Of a stretch of 64,000 nt of DNA, positions 45,548 through 56,325 are shown piece by piece. A program made the translations under genes and the position numbers. Within the stretch, counting starts at the first letter, position 1. Every line of letters starts with the position of its first letter. This DNA comes from an uncultured virus (IMG/VR IMGVR_UViG_3300043438_001628) (lineage: Duplodnaviria > Heunggongvirae > Uroviricota > Caudoviricetes). Under the pieces are notes generated by a model, which searched no databases, was not told the DNA's origin, and saw only the letters and a program-made list of their open reading frames with translations. The stretch is from the IMG/VR virus record IMGVR_UViG_3300043438_001628; one strand, given 5' to 3'.

Positions 45548-48331
45548 ATGGAAGCATTTAACAAAAACTTCAATAAGCTGTTGTCTCAATTTGTAGATGG
45601 GGATGTTTATAAAAAATCTCCAATATCAGAACGTTACATCCCAGTGTTTGATGCTTTGGAGAAATATAAAGATGATGACAATGCTTTCTTATCTTTTACA
45701 AGAGATGTAATACCAACAAGTGAAAGAATAGCCGATGTCGATAAAAGATCCAGTAAAATCGGGATCAATCCGGGATCAACTTATGATACTCCAATTGGAG
45801 TTTATTGTTATCCGATAAAAGCATATTGGAAAAATATAGAATCGAATAGAATACATTTTGCCGGGGAAAACCCGCACTTATATGTTTTTAAAGCCAAAAA
45901 TCCAGAAAAAATATTAGTGGCAAGCGAGTATACAATAGATGACTACACTGAAGATTTTGAAAAATTAGATGAAATATTTTCAAACCTCTATGACATAGGA
46001 CAAATAGAAGATGACCTGTCCATATTCAATTCTAGTTATTTCGATAGTGATAAACCCGCGCAGTTATTTTGGACACTGACCAGAGAAATTGCAAAGAAGA
46101 TATTTGAAAGTGGATCTGTTAAAAGTAACACTCCAGTTATCTGGACTCAAATAATGCGGAGATTCTATGATGGCGTCGTTGATGATAAGGGGTGGGGGTT
46201 TATACATAGCAACGAACCAATTCAAGCAGTTTTATGGACAAAGGCTCAATTTGATGTTGTGGACTATATCAATAGAAAAGATTCTGACCAAAACTCATAT
46301 AAATTAAAGCCTTGGCGAGAGGAAGACAAAACCATATCAGACGATAAATTGGAAGGTTATGTAAAGTCATTGAAAGCTCCCATCAGAGATGAAAAGATGT
46401 TATCATATATAACAAAATCATCTAAAGCTTCGTATTTGTATGTGGCGAGTATATTAAAATTTGAAAACGTACCGAATGAAATGTTGAAGAGCATAGCATC
46501 TAAACCGAGTTATGCATATCAATATATATTTAGATCAAGGAGAATGAGAGAGGACATACCGGATATTATATTAAAAAGCGTATTGTCCGATTCAGATGCA
46601 TCTATAAACTATGCAGCTTTATTGAGACTGAAAAATAACCCAATACCAGAAGAAGTGTTGGAAAGCATAGCATCCGATCCAAAAAATGCCTATAAATATG
46701 CAGAGTTACTTAACGGGAATGTGCCTGATGTGATATTAAAAAGTATAGCATTAGATCATATGACATCCTTTAAATATGCGACTAATATACTGAATGGTAA
46801 AGATGTGCCTGATGAAATTTTGAACGGCATAGCACATAATTCCGATACATCATATAACTATGCATCTTCAATATTAGAATGGGAAAATGTACCCGATGTG
46901 ATATTCAAAGGTATAGCAAAGTCTTCTACTTGGTCACGTATATATGCATCTAAAATATTAAAAGGAAATAATGTACCCGATGCGATATTGGAAGGTATAT
47001 CGAAAAATTCCGAAGAATCTTTTACATATGCATCTGAAACATTAAAAGGAAAGAATGTACCTGATGTGATATTAAGAGGCATATCAAGCTCTGGCATACA
47101 TTCATACGAATATGCCACTGAAATATTAAAAGGGATAAATGTTCCAGCTGTGATATTGAGAGGTATACCTTCGTCATGGTCTGAATCATATATTGACAGT
47201 TTAGAAACGCCAAGAAATTTAACGGGGCTGCTGGATTACGCAAAATCTTTTGAAAATCCTCTGCATATGAGTCATTATCTCGTAAAAATTATTTCAAAAA
47301 CCCCAGCTGGGGCTTTCAGATTTATAGATGATGTGTTGATTCCAAAAGGATTCGCTGCGGATAACTTATTCAATTCACACGACCGATATGATAATTTTAC
47401 ATATCCAAAGTTTACTCCAGCAACAGTTGCCATGGTAAACAATTCCGAGTATGCAAAATACATAGCCAAAAAATACTTCAATTGGACGAATGTTCCTAAA
47501 GTATTTGAAAGAATATTAAAACACTATGATCTCAACATGGTTATTACGGGTGTTCCAGAAACCATCACATTCAAAGAATCATTCGAATTTGTAGAAAATT
47601 ATAACTTATTACTTGATTCATTCACCCCGGAGTCTTATGATATGGATAGAATTTATGAATTATTCAATCAAGAATACATTCAATCGACTGGTAAGAGTTG
47701 GACCAAAGATAAATTTCTAAATAGAGCGAAAGATTGGGAATTTTGGGGAGATGAAAATGGATTTGTGGCTACTCGAAAACAGCAAAGCGGATTTATTAAA
47801 TTGGTTGGCGCTGCTGGTAGTAATAAATCGAAATATCAAGGATTTAAAGAATTGATAAATTCAAATCTTCCGGTTTGGGGTCTTGTTGACATAACAATTT
47901 CCAATTTATTGAAAAAGTTGAATTACAGAGGTCCAAATATGATTGAGCGTGTGGTGTTGAATCAATTGTTAAAATCTGGAAAAATGCAATCCGTGTTAGG
48001 GGATGCTAAAATAGAAAAACTGGAAGGTGATAAACTGACATTGACATATCCTGATATTGGAACTGTTGAAAAATATTTCATGGGTTCTCCAGAATATTGG
48101 AAACATATAAAAACATCTTTAGTAAATAAAGGTATGATGTCGGAGTCTTTTCAATTTGACGATACCTATTCGAAAATTCTAGAAAAATTTTCAAAGAAAA
48201 AGAAGAAAAAGGTATCTCCTTTAAGAGCTAAGTGTCAATCCAAGGCAAAAGCTAAATACGATGTCTGGCCTAGCGCTTATGCTAGTGGATATGTTCAGAA
48301 GTGCGTTAAAAGAAAAGGTAAAATGAACTAA
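45548..48331 (+). CDS. Multi-module putative internal head protein with ~10 helical 26-28-aa repeats
   Basis: VPDVILKxIA..S..YA repeats; C-terminal WPSAYASG module. Confidence 0.75.
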   Translation: MEAFNKNFNKLLSQFVDGDVYKKSPISERYIPVFDALEKYKDDDNAFLSFTRDVIPTSERIADVDKRSSKIGINPGSTYDTPIGVYCYPIKAYWKNIESNRIHFAGENPHLYVFKAKNPEKILVASEYTIDDYTEDFEKLDEIFSNLYDIGQIEDDLSIFNSSYFDSDKPAQLFWTLTREIAKKIFESGSVKSNTPVIWTQIMRRFYDGVVDDKGWGFIHSNEPIQAVLWTKAQFDVVDYINRKDSDQNSYKLKPWREEDKTISDDKLEGYVKSLKAPIRDEKMLSYITKSSKASYLYVASILKFENVPNEMLKSIASKPSYAYQYIFRSRRMREDIPDIILKSVLSDSDASINYAALLRLKNNPIPEEVLESIASDPKNAYKYAELLNGNVPDVILKSIALDHMTSFKYATNILNGKDVPDEILNGIAHNSDTSYNYASSILEWENVPDVIFKGIAKSSTWSRIYASKILKGNNVPDAILEGISKNSEESFTYASETLKGKNVPDVILRGISSSGIHSYEYATEILKGINVPAVILRGIPSSWSESYIDSLETPRNLTGLLDYAKSFENPLHMSHYLVKIISKTPAGAFRFIDDVLIPKGFAADNLFNSHDRYDNFTYPKFTPATVAMVNNSEYAKYIAKKYFNWTNVPKVFERILKHYDLNMVITGVPETITFKESFEFVENYNLLLDSFTPESYDMDRIYELFNQEYIQSTGKSWTKDKFLNRAKDWEFWGDENGFVATRKQQSGFIKLVGAAGSNKSKYQGFKELINSNLPVWGLVDITISNLLKKLNYRGPNMIERVVLNQLLKSGKMQSVLGDAKIEKLEGDKLTLTYPDIGTVEKYFMGSPEYWKHIKTSLVNKGMMSESFQFDDTYSKILEKFSKKKKKKVSPLRAKCQSKAKAKYDVWPSAYASGYVQKCVKRKGKMN

Positions 48332-48609
48332 TGAATATAATCGACGATACTACATATTATACTCAACGAGAACTTCTCGAAAATCTCCGTGATTGGTTCG
48401 CTCCTCAAACGGACAAAAAAGGTCGCAAATTCAGAGGCTGGATCAATTGTAAAACAGGCGGACCTTGTGGACGAAATGATACCTCAAAGGGTAGTTATCC
48501 AGCTTGCAGAGCTACTAAAGCTGAATGCAATAAAATTAAAGGTAAAATGTATAAAAAGAAAAGCGCTAAACGAGTTTCTTGGAAAAAACCTAAAAAGAAA
48601 TCCGAGTAG
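48331..48609 (+). CDS. Small basic Cys-rich late protein
   Basis: LRDWF...WINCKTGGPCGR...YPACR. Confidence 0.75.
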   Translation: MNIIDDTTYYTQRELLENLRDWFAPQTDKKGRKFRGWINCKTGGPCGRNDTSKGSYPACRATKAECNKIKGKMYKKKSAKRVSWKKPKKKSE

Positions 48610-48632
48610 TTCCCATGTATTAAATATTATAC

Positions 48633-49118
48633 ATGGCTATCAAGATAAAATCACTGGAAGCTCCTCCAGTATCCAAAAACGCGCTTGAAAATGGATTCTT
48701 ATACAAAGATCTATCATTGGATCTATCTCCTTCATACAGCTACAACAGTCAATTAAACAGAAATGAAGTATTAAAAGATGTCCAAGCGATTTTCGATGTG
48801 GAATCAGTTAAAAACAGCGTTGTAAATGCTTTATTGACATCCCCCGGTGAAAAAATATTAAATCCGACATATGGAGTGGATTTAAGGCAATATTTATTTG
48901 AGCCAATCGACGACTTTACAACAGATTTAATCAAAGACGACATTGAAATAAAGCTTCCCCTTATGGAACCACGCATTGTGCTGAAAAGTGTGAATGTTGT
49001 GGCGGATGAAGATAACAATCAGTACAACATTGAACTTCAAATTGATGTTCCTTCGCTTGATGTGTATGGATTGAGTATAAAATCAGAGCTTGCATCCACT
49101 GGTTACGTCATTGCTTGA
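48633..49118 (+). CDS. gp25: Baseplate wedge protein
   Basis: YKDLSLD, VKNSV.N.LLTSPGEK..NP.YG, EPRI. Confidence 0.88.
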   Translation: MAIKIKSLEAPPVSKNALENGFLYKDLSLDLSPSYSYNSQLNRNEVLKDVQAIFDVESVKNSVVNALLTSPGEKILNPTYGVDLRQYLFEPIDDFTTDLIKDDIEIKLPLMEPRIVLKSVNVVADEDNNQYNIELQIDVPSLDVYGLSIKSELASTGYVIA

Positions 49119-49132
49119 TTAAATATTTGACA

Positions 49133-50947
49133 ATGAGCAATAAAGATACATTGGAGTATAATCTTCCACAAACAGCGTATGTTAATTTCGATGCTGTTTC
49201 TTTAAAAAATTTCATAATACAAAGATTAAACGAAAATTCAACATTCACTGATCAAAATTACGAAGGAAGTAATATATCATTCCTTATTGAAATTTTAGCG
49301 TATTACACGCATGTTTTAATGTTTTATTTGAATCAAAACAGTTCAGAATCTTTATTTGATCAATCTTCGATTTATGAAAACATGAATCGCATAGTTAAGC
49401 TTATTGGATATAAACCAACAGGTCAGCAAACATCAATAGTTCCAGTAAATTGTGTAGCGGCGGCTGATTTAGCTATCGGAAGCTATATGATTAGAAAATA
49501 TAGTTATATTTTGGTTGATAGTATCCAATACACTGTATTAAATGATACAATTTTCGAAAAAACCACAAATTCTGAAGAAATAATACAATCCATCAATGAT
49601 AATTTGATATTGTATCAAGGAACTGTTGAAGAATACCCATCTTACATCGCTGAAGGTATCGGATTTGAAACTTTACCAGTGGTGGTGGATAATTTAGTGG
49701 ATGCATCTACTTCTAAATTCATATCTGATGGTACATTGAGTGTCTATGTAAAGGAAACCAACAATAATACTTGGTATGAGTATAAGGAGATCGACACATT
49801 ATACCTATCCAAGCCAACTGATAGATTTTACGAAGTTCGCTTGAATGAAAGCGGAAATTATGAAATTAAATTTGGAAATGATACATTCGGAAAACAATTA
49901 GCCATCGGTGATGAGGTTAAAGTAATGTATATCCTGAGCGATGGAAATAAAGGAATCATAAGCAAAAATGCTATAAATGGGAATAAGCTGTTTACTTATT
50001 TTACAAACACATTCAATCAAATATATGAAGATACAACAGCTTCAAATTCTCAAATCATAACAACCACACTGAGTTCTCTGTTGACATTTTCAAATCCTTT
50101 AAACTCTACCACTATAAGTGAAGCTGAAAGTGTGGAATCTATAAAAAACAATGCTCCTTATCTGATAGCAGCTCAATATAGATTAGTCACTGAAGAAGAT
50201 TACGAAAAATTCATTCTAAAAAGCCTCCCCAACATTCTAAACTCAGTTAAGGTGGTTGATAATGATAGATTTTTAGGAGAATATATCGACTATTACTATA
50301 GAATATGTGTAGATCCCAATAAAGTCAACCGAGTTTTAATTAACCAAGTAAATTTTGCAGATTCTTGCGATTTTAACAATGTTAATATTTTCTGCGTTCC
50401 TAAATTTGATGTTCTTAGAGATGCAAGTTATCCCAATTATCTAAGTGAGTCATTTAAAAATCTTATAATAGATCTGACCAGAGGTAAAAAGATGATATCA
50501 AGTGAGATAGTCGCCAGAGATCCAATATATACAGCATTCGATGTCGGATTTAGTACATCATCAACAGCATTTTCGATTGTTTCAAACTCTAGAATAGTCG
50601 TTGTTCGAGATAAAAACAATAAAATTAATAAATCAACACTTAAAACTAAAGTGAATGATTTTATATTAGATTTTTTCAAGCCATCTAATAACACACTTGG
50701 ACAAACTCTCAATTTATCAGATTTAACTGCTAATATCTTAGGAATTGATGGAATTTCATCAATTAGAACCGAAAACACATTAGAAAATACATTCTTCAAT
50801 GGATTATCATTCTTATCGTGGAATCCTGTATATGCAGACAGTGATAATGATCTTGTCAATCAGACAACTACATTACCATTTTATAAATTTCCATATTTTT
50901 ATTCTCCTCAGTCTCTTATAAATAAAATAGAAATAATCGATGCCTGA
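49133..50947 (+). CDS. gp6: Baseplate wedge protein (start trimmed to MSNKDT)
   Basis: FTDQNYEGSNIS.LIEILAY, IKFGN, ESVESIKNNAP, RLVTEEDY. Confidence 0.88.
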   Translation: MSNKDTLEYNLPQTAYVNFDAVSLKNFIIQRLNENSTFTDQNYEGSNISFLIEILAYYTHVLMFYLNQNSSESLFDQSSIYENMNRIVKLIGYKPTGQQTSIVPVNCVAAADLAIGSYMIRKYSYILVDSIQYTVLNDTIFEKTTNSEEIIQSINDNLILYQGTVEEYPSYIAEGIGFETLPVVVDNLVDASTSKFISDGTLSVYVKETNNNTWYEYKEIDTLYLSKPTDRFYEVRLNESGNYEIKFGNDTFGKQLAIGDEVKVMYILSDGNKGIISKNAINGNKLFTYFTNTFNQIYEDTTASNSQIITTTLSSLLTFSNPLNSTTISEAESVESIKNNAPYLIAAQYRLVTEEDYEKFILKSLPNILNSVKVVDNDRFLGEYIDYYYRICVDPNKVNRVLINQVNFADSCDFNNVNIFCVPKFDVLRDASYPNYLSESFKNLIIDLTRGKKMISSEIVARDPIYTAFDVGFSTSSTAFSIVSNSRIVVVRDKNNKINKSTLKTKVNDFILDFFKPSNNTLGQTLNLSDLTANILGIDGISSIRTENTLENTFFNGLSFLSWNPVYADSDNDLVNQTTTLPFYKFPYFYSPQSLINKIEIIDA

Positions 50948-53066
50948 TTTAAAAACAACATACACAACATTCAATGTTTTAGATTATAAGAACGAACAAG
51001 TATTAAGTTCTTATAGTTTAGAACAAACACCATTTAAATTTGTTCCAGATTTGGATCTGTTTGCAAATAAGGATGTTGTGTGGTCATTTGGCGATGGAAC
51101 CATATCAAAATCGATAACTGCTACGAAATATTACACATTTCCGGGTGTGTATACTGTTAATTTATTAGTATATGATTGTCAAAACAATGCTTTGATATCT
51201 TCATACTCACAAAATGTTGAAATTAAAGATTATATCCCATACACTTTAAAGTTTACAAACCTATCTTCGAATAAAGGTTATGTAGAATTAAAAGAATCCG
51301 TTATACATGGACCTTGGGTTTTAAACGCCACTTATCCATGGCATCAGCCAATTACAGATATAGTATATGATGTATCTGGATCATCGAGTCTTAATTATTT
51401 CAGTGTGAATTCTAATAAGTTCACACATCTACAAAAGACATATTCCATATTTGATAGTACATATAATTACGCTATTGCGAATACTCAGTATTATGAAGTT
51501 CCTAAAATCACAATAAGTAATCCTGTTAAACTATATGCTAAAATATCTGGCAATTCTATAGTTTTATGCTCTGAAAACGATAACGGTTCCTTTTTTGTTG
51601 GAACATCAGCTGAGAAAGCGGTATATTATAAAGATGATTCAGTTGGAAATACAGCTATTTCTTTTAAATTCAACAGCGATTTCACCAACATAGATGGGAA
51701 AACTGTGAATTATGTGAATAATTTAGGAGTTATGTTGAGCGCTAACATAATCCAAAACAATGATGCATCAAGACTTACAATAACATCAAACGGGTTAGAT
51801 GGTGAGAAAACAGCAATCACTTCATTTGATATATATCACACTAAATTCACATCAAGCGAAATTCCATTCGTAGTTAAAATTAAAGATAGTCAATTTCACT
51901 CTCTGAAAAATTTTAATCCAATTGAATTAAACAATCTCACAATATCAGTATTATCAGCAGAATATCTAACCACCGAATCTGGTGACATTCTATTAACAGA
52001 ATCTAATATTCCAATCATAGCAGGTGCAACACCTATAAATTCAAGCTACTTCACAGTATCATCATTGAATTATACTATAGATGACATTGATCATAATGGA
52101 TCTTTTAGAGGTTATGTCAAATTTAATTCATTAAGTACAACACTAACTGATGTATTTTTATCATGTGGCGCTGTGTTGCAGAACAATTATCTATCATCAT
52201 TCAACTTAGCAACAGAATCCACTCTGTTTAATGTGTTGCCTAGAAATTTATATGACATATATAAAGTAAACGAAAACTTCAATGCGGCTGAGACACTTAA
52301 TAATCTAGCGTTTCAAGAGAGAATTAAAGATAATCCAGTATTGTTTAATGATTTCTTAGCTGCTATTTTTGGATCTGATGAATATGATCATGACTCTATA
52401 GGGGTTAAAACATACGAAAAAATAGCAAACTTTATTCAAAACAATACAGACATAGACACTAAAAATATAAGAGCTTTAATTTCTGATATTAATTTAGTGG
52501 ATAATGAAGAATTGGTTTTCAATAGAACACCGATAAAATATCCTGAAAATATCGAACGCATTGCTAACTTAGCATCTATAAGTTTAAACAAACTTGTAGG
52601 GACGACTAATAAATTTAAACAAAATTTCAACAGCCGTGGAGATACTCAAAAAGATAAGTACGGTAAAAATATAGGTAATCAAATTGATACATTGAATTAT
52701 GTCATAACCGCTGGAGCCCCCATAGCGGCTCTTGAAAAATTCAGCAACACATACACTCTACTGAACACATATCAGCCGCTGTGTGCCGGTTCTGGGTCTC
52801 AATTTACCCTGTCTGGATATAATAGTAATTGGGGTTGGCCATTGGTTCTTCCAACGCAATTCACTCCTCTCGATTTCGAAAAGTATTATATCTTTTTCGA
52901 ATATATCGATGTGAATGATGGAACTATAATCGACAATGTTATTGATTTCACAAATCCGAACACAACAATATCGTCAGATTCTCCAACATCTGAATATTTC
53001 TTTGGAAATTCTGGAATATTTAATACTATGTTCTTGGATTCGCTCTATCAATCCTTGTCAATATGA
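50940..53066 (+). CDS. Baseplate/tail structural protein with PKD-like domain
   Basis: WSFGDGT...YTFPGVYTV.L; LTTESGDILLTES. Confidence 0.7.
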   Translation: MPDLKTTYTTFNVLDYKNEQVLSSYSLEQTPFKFVPDLDLFANKDVVWSFGDGTISKSITATKYYTFPGVYTVNLLVYDCQNNALISSYSQNVEIKDYIPYTLKFTNLSSNKGYVELKESVIHGPWVLNATYPWHQPITDIVYDVSGSSSLNYFSVNSNKFTHLQKTYSIFDSTYNYAIANTQYYEVPKITISNPVKLYAKISGNSIVLCSENDNGSFFVGTSAEKAVYYKDDSVGNTAISFKFNSDFTNIDGKTVNYVNNLGVMLSANIIQNNDASRLTITSNGLDGEKTAITSFDIYHTKFTSSEIPFVVKIKDSQFHSLKNFNPIELNNLTISVLSAEYLTTESGDILLTESNIPIIAGATPINSSYFTVSSLNYTIDDIDHNGSFRGYVKFNSLSTTLTDVFLSCGAVLQNNYLSSFNLATESTLFNVLPRNLYDIYKVNENFNAAETLNNLAFQERIKDNPVLFNDFLAAIFGSDEYDHDSIGVKTYEKIANFIQNNTDIDTKNIRALISDINLVDNEELVFNRTPIKYPENIERIANLASISLNKLVGTTNKFKQNFNSRGDTQKDKYGKNIGNQIDTLNYVITAGAPIAALEKFSNTYTLLNTYQPLCAGSGSQFTLSGYNSNWGWPLVLPTQFTPLDFEKYYIFFEYIDVNDGTIIDNVIDFTNPNTTISSDSPTSEYFFGNSGIFNTMFLDSLYQSLSI

Positions 53067-53098
53067 AGTAAGTAACGTTCGATAATTAAATATTATCA

Positions 53099-55810
53099 AT
53101 GTCATCAATTCTGCAATACGGGTACCCTGAAATACCGAAGAGCGTAACAAATCCAAATGTATTAGAAGTAAATGCGTTGGATGTCGGTTCTCCGATGTCA
53201 TTTTTACTTTTCATTAAAACTATATCGGTAAGTTTCGAACCTGAAATATTACAAGCGTATTATAATGAATATATAAAGCGTTGGAATACTAAAAAGAAAA
53301 ATAGCGACTCTGTAAATTCCAACATGATAATTGAGAAATATCGTGATTTTATACGCGATATCAATATTAAATACACAACTCTCGAAGAACGAGACTTCTT
53401 ACAGAAGTTAAACTTCAATGATCGATACGATTTGGATACTGTATTGGGTTTCTATAGTAAGAAATTGCTGGAAATATCGCAATATTACAATACAAAAAGA
53501 GATGATGTAAAGTATGAGATAACTAGAAAGAAATTAAAAGGCAGCAATCTAGGTTTAGAGAAAACTGTTTTAGAAAAAACAATTGAATTTTTAGAAAATC
53601 AAGAATATGGATTGATCGAATATGATATTGATGACATCAAATCCAAAATAAAAATCGATATTCAAGAACTATACAATTCATACGGATTATACTTCGATCA
53701 GAAACCAGATATCAAAATATATGACTACAAGGATTTAGATTTCGGGCAGGATATATTTTTAAGAAATGATGATGATCTAATCGCCAGTGTTTTCAGTGGA
53801 GTGTCTGATGAAATTAAAACTTTAAAAGAAGCAGATCAGTTATTTGAAAATAAGAGAAAATTAACTCGCAAGAGTGTGAGTAGTAATTTTTATTACATAT
53901 CAACTGGATCTACATCAACCGACTTCGTTTCCGGTAAATTATTCGATGCTACAAATTCATCTAAGAATATATTAAACAGAAACAATCCAACAACAGCGTC
54001 CACCATAAAGGGAGGTTTGTTAACAAAGGAAAATGTAGGTTTCTTCAAACCAAGTAAAACAGGGATTGTATTTATCGATGGTAAAAATGAATCATTTTCC
54101 ATTAATATAGATGCATTACAGCCGAATTCATTGTATTATTTCCCAGATCCTAATATATTCGGAAGCAATGGTGAAATTTTAACATTTTTCGTCGATGGCG
54201 AGTATTTAAAACGAAATGCATCATCATCAGAAGCTGTAAATCAACCAATCTCAAATAAAAATGATACCAAGTATTATGGATATGCAACACTGAAAACGGA
54301 TGAATTTGATCAAAGCTTTGAATCAATATTCGATTCAGGATATATAGCGGATCAAAAGAGTGATGTATTTGGAAATAGATTTGGATTATTTAAACTTGAC
54401 GATTCTTTCAAATCCACAATTCAAGTCAAAACTCCAAACAATATAAAGAGTTTGCTGCTGAATGGTTATAAATTCTTTGATGATTTATATGGTGAGGGGT
54501 ATAATTTTAATTATACTATAGCTGATAGTACATCATACACTGAAACATTAAGATCTGGTATATCTTCAAATACGAATTCATTTTCATCAACTGCCGGGGC
54601 TTGGAACTTGTTTTTTAGAAACTTCACGCCTTATCAAGAGTTGATAAGCCCAACTGAAAGTTCAATAACACCTTCATTTAAAATACGAGATGGTGCAATC
54701 TTCATGAAGAATGATGTTGAGTTTTTAAGCGATCCAAGCAGTTCAGATCTCAACGCCTTTCCGGGAGCGAGTGTGTACTATTACAACACACTGTTTGATG
54801 CTGGTATATACACCGCTTCTCCAATTCAGAGAGCGCTGAAAGACACATCATTTCCAGCAAATACTGCCAATTTCCTACAATCAGTTAGACCATTATCTGG
54901 CAACGATGTTTTGAATGTTGATGGAGGTAAATTCACCACAGAATTTGTATATAATTACACATTCGATGAAGTTGATTATGCTTATATCAACGATTCATCA
55001 AATGCGACATCATTTGTAATTGATGATATAACAGATAGCAATTATAATGATAGGTTAGATTTAAATGGTCAGATATTTGTAAAAAATATAAACTATAATT
55101 CAACGAGGCCGCTCTTAACAGAATTTTCATACTTGAGTTCAAAGTATAATGGCAGCGTAGTTGCTCAATTATCAAGTATTTCAAAATTTGAAATAGCATA
55201 TAACACGATATCTATCGAAACCGATAATTATTTGATATTTGAAAAAATAAGATATGAAAATTCAAAATTTATAAATCCAAAAACAGCAGCTTATGTTATT
55301 GAGCATGACACAACTGATGTAAATAAACTATCAAACAGATTTAAAATAGGAACCGATATATATTATTGTGTATTAAACAGCACAACTCCTTTCATATCAT
55401 CAAATAATTACATAGTATATCCCGAAATATACAAATATGATACATTAACTGATGTAAATTTGAAAATTTTCCCTATAAATGAGACTGACTACACATCAAA
55501 CGAAGATTTTTTCAATGTATCTGGAAATAATGTAAGATTTGATAAAATTGAATCTCCAGTGTTGGTATATACTGACACCAACAAAATATTCAGCATTTCA
55601 TTCTTGGCAAAAGACCAAAATGAAATGATAGCACTTCACGAATATGATTTTATCATCAACCCCGATGTAACATTCTTAAAACATCATGTCTACATGGGCA
55701 GTTTCGATAGTTATTCGAACATAATGTCTTCATCATACAGTTCGTTATCAAACGTTTACTTACAATCAACACCAGCTGCGAATGTAATAAATCAAGAATT
55801 TATCTTATGA
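53099..55810 (+). CDS. Large structural protein (baseplate region)
   Basis: 903 aa, TAAATA box, operon context. Confidence 0.7.
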   Translation: MSSILQYGYPEIPKSVTNPNVLEVNALDVGSPMSFLLFIKTISVSFEPEILQAYYNEYIKRWNTKKKNSDSVNSNMIIEKYRDFIRDINIKYTTLEERDFLQKLNFNDRYDLDTVLGFYSKKLLEISQYYNTKRDDVKYEITRKKLKGSNLGLEKTVLEKTIEFLENQEYGLIEYDIDDIKSKIKIDIQELYNSYGLYFDQKPDIKIYDYKDLDFGQDIFLRNDDDLIASVFSGVSDEIKTLKEADQLFENKRKLTRKSVSSNFYYISTGSTSTDFVSGKLFDATNSSKNILNRNNPTTASTIKGGLLTKENVGFFKPSKTGIVFIDGKNESFSINIDALQPNSLYYFPDPNIFGSNGEILTFFVDGEYLKRNASSSEAVNQPISNKNDTKYYGYATLKTDEFDQSFESIFDSGYIADQKSDVFGNRFGLFKLDDSFKSTIQVKTPNNIKSLLLNGYKFFDDLYGEGYNFNYTIADSTSYTETLRSGISSNTNSFSSTAGAWNLFFRNFTPYQELISPTESSITPSFKIRDGAIFMKNDVEFLSDPSSSDLNAFPGASVYYYNTLFDAGIYTASPIQRALKDTSFPANTANFLQSVRPLSGNDVLNVDGGKFTTEFVYNYTFDEVDYAYINDSSNATSFVIDDITDSNYNDRLDLNGQIFVKNINYNSTRPLLTEFSYLSSKYNGSVVAQLSSISKFEIAYNTISIETDNYLIFEKIRYENSKFINPKTAAYVIEHDTTDVNKLSNRFKIGTDIYYCVLNSTTPFISSNNYIVYPEIYKYDTLTDVNLKIFPINETDYTSNEDFFNVSGNNVRFDKIESPVLVYTDTNKIFSISFLAKDQNEMIALHEYDFIINPDVTFLKHHVYMGSFDSYSNIMSSSYSSLSNVYLQSTPAANVINQEFIL

Positions 55811-56316
55811 ATACTAAAACACTGTATTTTTCAACATCTGCGACAGCACTGTCTTCTACTTTACCAGAAGTTAAATTAACTGACTTAACTTCTGTGACGG
55901 TAACGCTGAGTGGTATATCTGAAACCCAAGCTCCATTATTTTTAACTATTAATTGGGGAGATGGCGAAATTGTAAGATATCAAAGCTCATTTACAAAGGA
56001 TTATAGAGTCGATAGCATAATTCCAGAAATATTATACAATAAATTCAGTTCATTATTGGCAAATGACCAAGTTCACATATATTACCCATCGATTTCGGCA
56101 AGATACAAAAAACTATCAGCTGAAATCAATATCGAGTATATAAATGGCGATATATGTTCACTTATACAACCCATAAATATAATAACATCTGATTATTTTG
56201 AAAGTATAGGCGACATGAAACACATTTATACAAATATATTGCAACTATCTGGGAATAACAAACAATTCTTGTTTTCCGTTGACAAAGGTGGCTTCTTAAT
56301 TGAGTCTGAATCTTAA
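55807..56316 (+). CDS. Structural protein with PKD-like motif
   Basis: INWGDG; ATGA overlap. Confidence 0.7.
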   Translation: MNTKTLYFSTSATALSSTLPEVKLTDLTSVTVTLSGISETQAPLFLTINWGDGEIVRYQSSFTKDYRVDSIIPEILYNKFSSLLANDQVHIYYPSISARYKKLSAEINIEYINGDICSLIQPINIITSDYFESIGDMKHIYTNILQLSGNNKQFLFSVDKGGFLIESES

Positions 56317-56325
56317 ATATTTTAA

